Shown: piece after piece, positions 28,119 through 35,462 of the stretch | Layout: the number at the start of each line of letters is the position of its first letter | Numbering within the stretch: position 1 is the first letter of the stretch | Assembly: GCA_030747675.1 (NCBI GenBank) | Contig: JASLKH010000047.1 | Location: 1-56,311 of the forward strand | From: Candidatus Thalassarchaeaceae archaeon | GTDB lineage: Archaea; Thermoplasmatota; Poseidoniia; Poseidoniales; Thalassarchaeaceae | DNA: 56,311 nucleotides | Reading direction: 5' to 3' | Position numbers and translations under genes: made by a program | Notes under the pieces: generated by a model | Seen by the model: the letters and a program-made list of their open reading frames with translations, nothing else | The model's database searches: none | What the model was told of the DNA's origin: nothing

Positions 28119-28415
28119 TCCGGCGGTTTACCCGGCAGCAACACCGCTGTGAGCCCTTCCCCGCCGGGTTGGGCAGTGATCTAGTGGCACCAATGCCGGG
28201 CCTCCCACCCATCGAAGACCGACCGGACCCTTTTGGGAATGAACGTTGGTGCAAGGGGTGGGGTACCGAACCGGGTATGGGTCCCCACATGACTACGGGA
28301 TGATTGATGGGACAACCCCCCGGTCCGACAGATGCCCCGGGGCTGGGTCAGGACCACGAGCCAAGGCGATGAAATGGTCCGTTACGCCCTGGGGCACACT
28401 TTTTCTTCCGCCGAA
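28119..28415 (-). ncRNA. GC-rich structured RNA of about 300 nt, class unresolved (SRP RNA and RNase P RNA are the obvious candidates to test)
   Basis: This is a sharp GC-rich island in AT-rich DNA between two protein genes. The only ORFs in it are Pro/Gly/Arg-rich artefacts. Nested complementary segments are 28119-28126/28408-28415, 28149-28156/28392-28399, 28221-28227/28319-28325, 28351-28356/28375-28380 and 28258-28263/28283-28288. The strand call is weak. Two helices have G-U on the minus strand but A-C on the plus strand, while one helix shows the reverse. The plus-strand reading also contains an internal T5 tract. Confidence 0.5.
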
Positions 28416-28457
28416 TTGAAAGACTACACCCACTAGGGTCCAAGTGAGGGACGTAGC

Positions 28458-29468
28458 ATGTCTGGTAGTCTTTGTCTTGTTGGCGGAACTTTTGACCGCC
28501 TCCATTTAGGGCATCAAACTCTTCTTGAGTCTGTTAGTAATTTTGATAACGCTGAAGTTTGGATAACTGCTGACTCTATTGCTCAACAAAAAGATCCACG
28601 TATCCAACCTTACGATGAGAGAGTACAATCAATCCTAAATTGGAAACCAGATTACAATTTTGCAATACATTGTTTGGAAGATCAATATGGTCCTGCCCCA
28701 ACACATCAAGAAGCAACACATATTGTTTGTACAAGTGAGACTAAGTTGAATTGCTTTGAAATTAATAAAAAGAGGTTGAATAACGGATTAGAAGAACTCA
28801 TTCTTGTAGAAGTAGACCATACTCTTGCAAAGGACGGTTTGCCAATATCTAGTTCGCGAATACGTCAAGGCAGCATTGATCGGAATGGAGAATTATGGAT
28901 CCAGTCATCTGACTTACAAGACTCTGTTCATATGGTGAAATTACTTGATTCTGAGTTAAAGAAACCTCAAGGTCACTTATTCAAAGGGCCAGAGGATAAT
29001 CCGAGAGTTGCTATTATGGAAGCAATAAATGCAATTCCTACATTTTGTCCTTGCTTGATTGCAGTCGGCGATGTAACGGTAAACTCCCTTCTTGAGGCCG
29101 GTTGGGTTCCAGATATTGCCCTTATTGACGGAATGACAAAACGGGAAGTGTGGGCTCAATCAGAAAAAATTGATCGCAGTTCTTTTGTTGGACAATTAAC
29201 GTGCTCAAATCCTCCCGGACAATTGACACCTGATTTGTTAGAGTGTGCAGATTTATGTTTTGAATTTGCTTTTTCAGAAGATGGAGGGCCGGTCTTGTTG
29301 GAAATTGATGGTGAAGAAGACTTAGCTCCAATTTTCCTCCATCTTCTTGCACCACTGGGGACTGCAATATTGTATGGCCAGCCAGGTGAAGGTGTCGTTC
29401 TCCGAATAACAGATGAAGAAGTCAAATCTAATTGTAGATATTTGTTGAATCATTTTGAAGTGAGATGA
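28458..29468 (+). CDS. Bifunctional CoA biosynthesis protein: phosphopantetheine adenylyltransferase (archaeal PPAT) fused to a DUF359-type GTP-dependent dephospho-CoA kinase
   Basis: The N-terminal half has LVGGTFDRLHLGHQTLL (nucleotidyltransferase (H/T)xGH) and ISSSRIR. The C-terminal half has LKKPQGHLF, AVGDVTVNSLLEAGWVPDIALIDGMTKRE, IDGEEDLAP and ILYGQPGEGVV, which are typical DUF359 motifs. Confidence 0.75.
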   Translation: MSGSLCLVGGTFDRLHLGHQTLLESVSNFDNAEVWITADSIAQQKDPRIQPYDERVQSILNWKPDYNFAIHCLEDQYGPAPTHQEATHIVCTSETKLNCFEINKKRLNNGLEELILVEVDHTLAKDGLPISSSRIRQGSIDRNGELWIQSSDLQDSVHMVKLLDSELKKPQGHLFKGPEDNPRVAIMEAINAIPTFCPCLIAVGDVTVNSLLEAGWVPDIALIDGMTKREVWAQSEKIDRSSFVGQLTCSNPPGQLTPDLLECADLCFEFAFSEDGGPVLLEIDGEEDLAPIFLHLLAPLGTAILYGQPGEGVVLRITDEEVKSNCRYLLNHFEVR

Positions 29469-29469
29469 T

Positions 29470-30498
29470 TTGATGGTTTCCGGAGGGCCACTTGTTAGTG
29501 TTACAGTATGCGTCAGAAATGGTGCACATTGGATTTCAGATTGTATGGAGGCTTTGACATCTCAAAGTTACCGCCCTTTGGAAATTATTGCTGTAGACGA
29601 CGGTTCAACTGATGGTAGCAAAGATGTATTGGAAGGTTGGGCTGGCATTCACAATGAAATTGAAGTAACAATATTGACACAATCTGCACTTGGGTTATCT
29701 GCAGGCCGTAACCTTGCTTTAGAATGTTCAAAAGGTCAATGGGTGGCGATTACTGATATTGATTGTAGACCAGACCCTTATTGGATTGAAGAACTCGTCC
29801 GAGTTAGTGATGGAATTGGTGACGAACACGTATTAGCAGTTACAGGACGTACCATATTCGATCAAGGAGATACTAAAATCAGTAAAATTCGTTCACGCTC
29901 CATAGCAACAAAATATGCGTCCCGGCCAAGAATTGCTAGTTTGGCAAATGGTCCATGTTCAATGTTTAATCGAGTAAGTTTGTTAGAAGTTGGAGGTTTT
30001 GATCCTTCGTGGTACCATGCTGAGGACATGGAGGTTAGTTTACGCCTTATTGCATCGGGTGGTATTATTCTCTATACTCCTTCTGCAGTGGTTCACCACG
30101 TTGCTGAATCTTCTCTCTCTCTGTTTCTCAAAAAACGCAGGCGTGATGCCCGAGCACATATCAGAATCGCTCGAACTTATGGGCAACATGGAGTAAAAAA
30201 ACCAGATGGTAGTTTACATCGGCACGATTTCACCAGCGATGCTCGAAATATAGTTTCATTATTACCAATAATGGTAATTGGCGTTACAATGGCTATTTCG
30301 TTTGTGTTGTTACTTCCAAAAAACTCTCCAATATGGTACATTGCATCATTCTCAGTAATTGCATGGCTCATATTAACAATTGGCCAATGGAGAAGGTTGC
30401 TTTGGAGTATTGCATTATGGGTTGGTGCACTTGAAGGAATTATTGATGCAGTACTTGGCAGGCACGGCCATAACTCCCTTTTTTCAGGGAAAAAATGA
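29470..30498 (+). CDS. Family 2 glycosyltransferase with C-terminal TM segments
   Basis: 342 aa. Motifs: VSVTVCVRNGAHWISDCMEALTSQSYRPLEIIAVDDGSTDGS and ITDIDCRPD (DxD). The C-terminus is hydrophobic. Confidence 0.8.
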   Translation: MMVSGGPLVSVTVCVRNGAHWISDCMEALTSQSYRPLEIIAVDDGSTDGSKDVLEGWAGIHNEIEVTILTQSALGLSAGRNLALECSKGQWVAITDIDCRPDPYWIEELVRVSDGIGDEHVLAVTGRTIFDQGDTKISKIRSRSIATKYASRPRIASLANGPCSMFNRVSLLEVGGFDPSWYHAEDMEVSLRLIASGGIILYTPSAVVHHVAESSLSLFLKKRRRDARAHIRIARTYGQHGVKKPDGSLHRHDFTSDARNIVSLLPIMVIGVTMAISFVLLLPKNSPIWYIASFSVIAWLILTIGQWRRLLWSIALWVGALEGIIDAVLGRHGHNSLFSGKK

Positions 30499-31062
30499 TT
30501 ATTCTTGATTTTCAGCTTTTGCTGCAAACATTAGTGCACATCCAAATCCAAGTAGTGAAGCAGTGACAGAATACACACCAACATCTACCCAATTCCAATG
30601 CTCAATCCCTTGATAAATATAGAAAATACCACCTGTGACCAAACACCACATGGCAGCAGTCATTCGACCACCTGCTTCTTTCATCGACATCAAACTGAGC
30701 CAAGAATCGCATGTCACGAAATCCTTGAACCATTGAGCAATTCCTCCTTCGGTTGAGTCGTGTAATTGTTTCCCTCCCCATATGGTCAACCCTAGTGAAA
30801 GAATCATGAATACAGAATCACTCGCAGGTCTGTATACCATATCTGCCGTGTAAAGATCAGGGTAGAGTGTTCCCATGCTGAGATAAGCGGCCCAAACAAC
30901 TTTCAATTTGTTTTCTGGGGTTCCATATGCCCCGTATACTAAATTGATTACACCTAAACATGTAGCCCATAGACCCAGAACAAATGCCAAAGTTGCAACT
31001 GTGCGAGAATCGCCTTCCGAATTTCCGGTTGCCATTGGCTGGGCGACTAGCGTCATCGTCAT
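30499..31062 (-). CDS. Integral membrane protein, unknown function
   Basis: 187 aa with about five hydrophobic segments (ATLAFVLGLWATCLGVINLVYGAY, VFMILSLGLTIWGG, AAMWCLVTGGIFYIY, VYSVTASLLGFGCALMFAA). Confidence 0.6.
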   Translation of the reverse strand: MTMTLVAQPMATGNSEGDSRTVATLAFVLGLWATCLGVINLVYGAYGTPENKLKVVWAAYLSMGTLYPDLYTADMVYRPASDSVFMILSLGLTIWGGKQLHDSTEGGIAQWFKDFVTCDSWLSLMSMKEAGGRMTAAMWCLVTGGIFYIYQGIEHWNWVDVGVYSVTASLLGFGCALMFAAKAENQE

Positions 31063-31099
31063 AACCGTTGTGCGCCTTACGCGACCTCAGAATACATGT

Positions 31100-32341
31100 T
31101 CAAAGGCGTTTTTGAAGGCGGTAACGCGCATCAATCACATCGCCCATAACAGAATCAGATGTACGCATTACTTGAAATGCATCAAATGAGGGTGTTAGGC
31201 AACTATTAATTCGTTTTGATCTGCCTTGACGTCCTTTACTAACAGTCTTAGCAGAGATAATCCCGAGCATGTCTAAGTCAGAAATCAATGATGAAACTCT
31301 TCGAGTAGTTAGAGGTCGCTCTTCAGCGTGATTACACGCGGTTTCGTAGGTACTGTATACTTCCCCCGTTGAAACGTTGCGCAATCCATTTTGTTCGTTA
31401 ATGAGAATTGAAAATAAAACAAGTTTTTGTTGTAAAGGTAATCCGGCTACTGCAGGTGTTATTTGGTCAAATTCAAGTTGATTTTGTGCTTGTCTTACAT
31501 GATTTAAGGTGACTACATCACACTCTTCAAGCTCTGCCTTTAGAACTGAAATTCGGAGTAAATCCAAAGCGCGTCTAGCATCGCCATGTTCCTTGGCCGC
31601 TAGAGCAGCACAAAGGGGGATTACTGCCCCATCTAACCCTTCATCTACTATGCCTTTAGCTGCCCGCGTGGATAATACATCTTCAAGTTGCGCTGCATTG
31701 TATGGATTGAATACAACATCGATCGGTGCTAGTCTGGACTCAACCCGGGGGTCCAATATTTCAGTGAATGCCAAGTCGTTACTAATGCCAACTATACAGC
31801 AGAATGAGTTTTCCAATAACCCAATGTTGAGGCTTGTTAAACTGTAAAGCAAGTCATCACCCACCTTCCGAACTAAATGATCAATTTCATCAAGCACTAT
31901 TACGTGTACGCCCGCAAGAGAATCCATTCTCTCGCGCACGATTTCAAACACTTTGTCAGCAGGCCACCCTGTAAATGGGATTAGTTTGTCATCATCCGAT
32001 CTAATTGAATTACCAATTTCTGCGAGGACACGATATTTGGTGTCAATATTTCGACAATTGATTTCAATCGTATGGATTGGTTGACCTAGTTCTGCTCCTT
32101 TCTCTTTGAGTTCCCTACATACATGACGCGTAACTGCAGTTTTTCCTGAACCAGGTACACCGTAAAGGTTCATATTTGAAGGGGCGTGACCATGTAGAGC
32201 CTCAACAAAGTTATGGACCAATGTTTTGATTTCATTATCGCGATGTGGTAAACTTGTTGGTGTAAATCCATGGCTAAGTGCACGACGATCTTTAAACAGA
32301 CTCCCAGCTTGCAGGAGATGTTCGAAAATATTTCCTGCCAT
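31100..32341 (-). CDS. orc1/cdc6: Orc1/Cdc6 replication initiator (AAA+ plus C-terminal winged helix)
   Basis: Motifs: LPHRDNEIKTL, Walker A LYGVPGSGKTAV, Walker B HVIVLDEIDHL and sensor region GDARRALDLLR. The ATG at 32341 (MAGNIFEHL...) is preferred over the tracked upstream start. Confidence 0.9.
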   Translation of the reverse strand: MAGNIFEHLLQAGSLFKDRRALSHGFTPTSLPHRDNEIKTLVHNFVEALHGHAPSNMNLYGVPGSGKTAVTRHVCRELKEKGAELGQPIHTIEINCRNIDTKYRVLAEIGNSIRSDDDKLIPFTGWPADKVFEIVRERMDSLAGVHVIVLDEIDHLVRKVGDDLLYSLTSLNIGLLENSFCCIVGISNDLAFTEILDPRVESRLAPIDVVFNPYNAAQLEDVLSTRAAKGIVDEGLDGAVIPLCAALAAKEHGDARRALDLLRISVLKAELEECDVVTLNHVRQAQNQLEFDQITPAVAGLPLQQKLVLFSILINEQNGLRNVSTGEVYSTYETACNHAEERPLTTRRVSSLISDLDMLGIISAKTVSKGRQGRSKRINSCLTPSFDAFQVMRTSDSVMGDVIDARYRLQKRL

Positions 32342-32401
32342 TTTATAACATCTCTCACACCCTACGCCATTAGTATCGATTCTGAATCTCAGGAGCAACA
32401 C

Positions 32402-32790
32402 ACAGTCATAGGGATTTCAAGCCAGTCCGAGTCCAGTAGATAAGCGTGTCCACGACGCTTGGTTCGAAATCAAGTTTATCCGACAAGAAGAAGAATTATT
32501 CATACCTCGTTAAAGGTTTAAAAAATATCATTAAAAGTCAATTATTACATTCAGTACAATGTTTTTTCAGCCATCCTCCAATACGTTCAGAAATTTTTTA
32601 AACCATCATAAATTATTTTATTATATGATCTCTCCATTCGAGTTCAAAGGCAATATTTCTTGGAGAATATAATTTTTGTAGGCGGGGGGGAAAGTGGACA
32701 AATCCAATTGAGGAAAGCAATTATTGTGATAATTGGCACCAAAAATATCTCAAAATACTGATATTTTTTAAATCCAATAAAATACCAAAT
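32402..32790. other. Candidate replication origin (AT-rich non-coding block adjacent to orc1/cdc6)
   Basis: This is about 390 nt with no credible ORF. It has a very AT-rich core (about 32490-32680). One side carries the inverted repeat AAGCGT-GTCCACG-ACGCTT (32442-32460). The other side carries a G7 tract (32684-32690) plus AAAGTGGAC (32691-32699). GTCCAC therefore occurs in inverted orientation on both sides, with GGATTT nearby each copy. Confidence 0.4.
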
Positions 32791-33549
32791 TCAAAATTCG
32801 TAACAATCCCCATCCTCTGCTTGTACCACATTGGATGGCAACTTTTCAAGTACAAATTGTGTCTCTGATTCAGGCTCGGAACCAAAACTGTTAGCATAAT
32901 TATGTGTAGCAATAAATTTCGTATTCGGGTTTTTATTTGCAAGTTTAGTGAGTCGGCTTGGCGAGTAATGATATGGGCTATTCACCGAGTCTGGAATTCC
33001 CATTTCAATAATCATTATATTGGTATTCTTAGCCAGTTTCTCGATATTTTCACAAGGGCCTGAATCCCCACAATGGGCTATAGTGAACCCTTCTGAATTT
33101 CGTAATAGATAACCATGTGGTTCAGTCGCAGGATCGTGGCAAACCTCAAATCTTGAAAATTCCCATGAATTAGCATTACCTTCATTATCCTCGTTGTATT
33201 CTAACCATTTCAAACTTTCAAGAGTATTTGGGTAGGCCTGATTACAAAGATTTTGCAGACGATTTCGCCCTCCCTTGTAGCAATAAATTGTCAAATTAGA
33301 ATTACCACTTCGGTCTGAAAGGTATTTTCTATCAAGCAGAAGAAATGGTAGTCCAAAAGTATGGTCTCCATGCCAATGTGTGATGAGTATAGTTGAAATT
33401 TTGGAAGGAGAAATCCCTGCATTTCGAAGTTGCGGTATTACAGTGGGTGGAACATCTATGAGTATCTCGTCGTCAATTAATACCAACGAGTGCATTCGAT
33501 TAGGTGGACAAAATGCATTCCCTGTGCCCAGAAATTGAATTTTTACCAC
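32791..33549 (-). CDS. Metallo-beta-lactamase-fold hydrolase (RNase Z/BN-like)
   Basis: Motif ILITHWHGDHTFGLPFLLL (HxHxDH). The N-terminus VKIQFLGTGNAF is typical. A GTG start at 33549, preceded by AGGTGGGAG, removes the overlap with the divergent gene. Confidence 0.7.
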   Translation of the reverse strand: MVKIQFLGTGNAFCPPNRMHSLVLIDDEILIDVPPTVIPQLRNAGISPSKISTILITHWHGDHTFGLPFLLLDRKYLSDRSGNSNLTIYCYKGGRNRLQNLCNQAYPNTLESLKWLEYNEDNEGNANSWEFSRFEVCHDPATEPHGYLLRNSEGFTIAHCGDSGPCENIEKLAKNTNIMIIEMGIPDSVNSPYHYSPSRLTKLANKNPNTKFIATHNYANSFGSEPESETQFVLEKLPSNVVQAEDGDCYEF

Positions 33550-33632
33550 ATTACTCCCACCTATATTGATAGTTTCAATAGTCAAGTTTATTTTGTCCTT
33601 GCCCCCTGTGCGTTTCGTATTACACGCGGAGG

Positions 33633-34019
33633 ATGAACATGGCCACAAATCTCGCAGTTGTCGGACATCGCAATTTCTATGATTATGGTGCCTTTGAATC
33701 ACACATTGAAAATTGGGTTGAAAAGAATGGGAAAATTGATCTAATAATTTGTGGAGGCGCTAGTGGAGCAGATTATCTTGCAGAGCGATGGGCCAACAAT
33801 AATGCGGTGTCTTCACTTATATTCCATGAAGAATGGGCAACATCTAGGCCAGGTTTAATTGATAGCGGGAGAAATGAAGCGGCATATTCCTTAACAGTAA
33901 AAATTGTGCAATCAGCTACACATCTGATTGCATTTTTGGATGAGGATTCAAAATGGACAAAAAGGACCCTTGAGTTAGCATTAGACAAAGGCATTCCTGT
34001 AACAATTCATGAAGTATAG
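33633..34019 (+). CDS. SLOG/DUF2493-like small Rossmann-fold protein
   Basis: 128 aa. Pattern: LAVVGHRNF...IDLIICGGASGADYLAERWA...FHEEW. A T6 run follows the stop. Confidence 0.55.
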   Translation: MNMATNLAVVGHRNFYDYGAFESHIENWVEKNGKIDLIICGGASGADYLAERWANNNAVSSLIFHEEWATSRPGLIDSGRNEAAYSLTVKIVQSATHLIAFLDEDSKWTKRTLELALDKGIPVTIHEV

Positions 34020-34126
34020 GTTTTTTAGAATGCCATTGAGGCTGAATTCTAATACCTCGATTTGAAATACATTAGGTATGACGGTTGATATGCCCACCTA
34101 CTATTATGCATGGGCGAGGTGTTTTA

Positions 34127-35401
34127 ATGACTGATTGGAGTGCGAAAAATCCCTATCTATCCACAGTTCCTGTAAATTATGTCCTGAATGGAAAGGATTC
34201 GAAAAAAGAGACCAGACATATTGTGTTTGAACTTGGTGAATCCGGGTTAGAGTACAAGGCAGGTGATGCATTGGGCATCATTCCAGTGACATCCTCGGAA
34301 ATGGTTAGTGATTTGTTGTTAGCATCAGGGTTAGATTCCGAAGAAGTCGTTGAAACCCATGCCGGAGAGAGCTCGTTACAGGATGCACTTTCTAACCATT
34401 TTGAAATACATCAAGCGAAAAAGAAGTTCATATTGAATTTAGGTTCAAAATTTCAGACGGGTGATCCTATTGAAGTTAGACTCATTGGCCGAACCCGACA
34501 TTCAGTTTCTACAGGAGTCAATACACAAACATGGACTTGGTCAGGGGAATCGAATGATTATCCTGATGGATATCAACCAATGAAAAGTGTATTAGATCCT
34601 GCTTACGAATTGTGGGGCCGTCTTGTTGATGATGAGGACGCGATGGAAGATTATTTGTGGGGCAGAGATTATCTTGATGTGCTTGAAGATTTTGGCCATT
34701 TGGATATTTCAGCACAAGAATTTGTTGACGGCTTAGATCGGTTGAAACCACGATTATATTCAATCGCCTCTTCTCCTGATTTTGAACCAGGTACAGTTCA
34801 TTTAACTGTAGGAATAGTTCGATATGAGGGACAAGGAAGAAACAAAACTGGACTTACAACAGGCTACCTAGCTGATAGGGTATCTGAAGGAGATCAAGTG
34901 AAGGTTTTCATGTCACCAACCCGTTCGTTTGTTTTACCGGAAGATGGGTCAAAAGACATCATAATGGTTGGCCCGGGAACTGGAATTGCACCATTCCGTG
35001 CCTTCCTTCAACAGCGTAAAGCAGATGAGGCTACAGGTAAGAATTGGTTATTTTTTGGGGATTGGACTGAAGAAGGAGAATTCCTTTACCGGGAAGAAGT
35101 GCAAGGATATGTCGATGATGGTACTATTGATAGATTAGACTTGGCTTGGTCACGAGATGGACCCGAGAAAGTCTATGTTCAGCATTTAATGAGTGAACAT
35201 GGTGCTGATATGTGGGAATGGTTGGATAATGGTGGATACTTCTACATTTGTGGCGATAAAAATCGTATGGCAAAGGATGTTCATAATACGCTAATCAGTA
35301 TTAGTATGGAGCATGGCGGCTTATCTGAAAACGATGCCAAGGAATTTATTGAAAAGACATTAATGAAAGATGAAAAGCGATACCTTCGTGATGTATATTG
35401 A
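34127..35401 (+). CDS. CysJ/CPR-like FAD- and NADPH-binding reductase module (no flavodoxin domain)
   Basis: Motifs: RLYSIASSP, GPGTGIAPFRAFLQ, YFYICGDKNRMAKDV and C-terminal RYLRDVY. The ATG at 34127 is preceded by GAGGTG. No FMN/flavodoxin domain lies upstream. Confidence 0.75.
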   Translation: MTDWSAKNPYLSTVPVNYVLNGKDSKKETRHIVFELGESGLEYKAGDALGIIPVTSSEMVSDLLLASGLDSEEVVETHAGESSLQDALSNHFEIHQAKKKFILNLGSKFQTGDPIEVRLIGRTRHSVSTGVNTQTWTWSGESNDYPDGYQPMKSVLDPAYELWGRLVDDEDAMEDYLWGRDYLDVLEDFGHLDISAQEFVDGLDRLKPRLYSIASSPDFEPGTVHLTVGIVRYEGQGRNKTGLTTGYLADRVSEGDQVKVFMSPTRSFVLPEDGSKDIIMVGPGTGIAPFRAFLQQRKADEATGKNWLFFGDWTEEGEFLYREEVQGYVDDGTIDRLDLAWSRDGPEKVYVQHLMSEHGADMWEWLDNGGYFYICGDKNRMAKDVHNTLISISMEHGGLSENDAKEFIEKTLMKDEKRYLRDVY

Positions 35402-35462
35402 AGTTACATTTTCATATGGCTGAGTCGGCAGTCCTTTGAACCGGGCGCGAATGGGAATACCC

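Noticed and set aside
28345-28375. Plus-strand similarity to bacterial 4.5S/SRP helix 8 flanks (GGUCAGGACC...GCCAAGGCGAUGA)
   Set aside because: The diagnostic apical part (GGAA tetraloop and AGCA symmetric loop) is missing, and the segment instead pairs as a GGACCA/UGGUCC hairpin. This is not enough to call SRP RNA, so the class is left open.
28102-28505. Two minus-strand ORFs (62 aa and 70 aa) covering the GC-rich island
   Set aside because: The translations are Pro/Gly/Arg/Ser-rich with no hydrophobic core pattern. Open frames of this kind are expected by chance in GC-rich DNA. The region has extensive nested complementarity, so I interpret it as an RNA gene.
32443-32481. tRNA-like pieces: a 5-bp stem with 7-nt loop (AGCGU-GUCCACG-ACGCU, 'CCA' in the anticodon position) and a T-arm-like CTTGG-TTCGAAA-TCAAG
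   Set aside because: The two stems overlap each other. No acceptor stem can be formed with the flanking sequence, no D-arm is present, and loop position 37 is a pyrimidine. This is not a tRNA gene. At most it is a remnant, and more likely part of the origin-region inverted repeats.
33550-33702. Overlap between the tracked MBL-fold ORF and the divergent SLOG-like ORF
   Set aside because: It is resolved by an internal GTG start at 33549 with an upstream GGTGGGAG motif. The extension has no MBL similarity.
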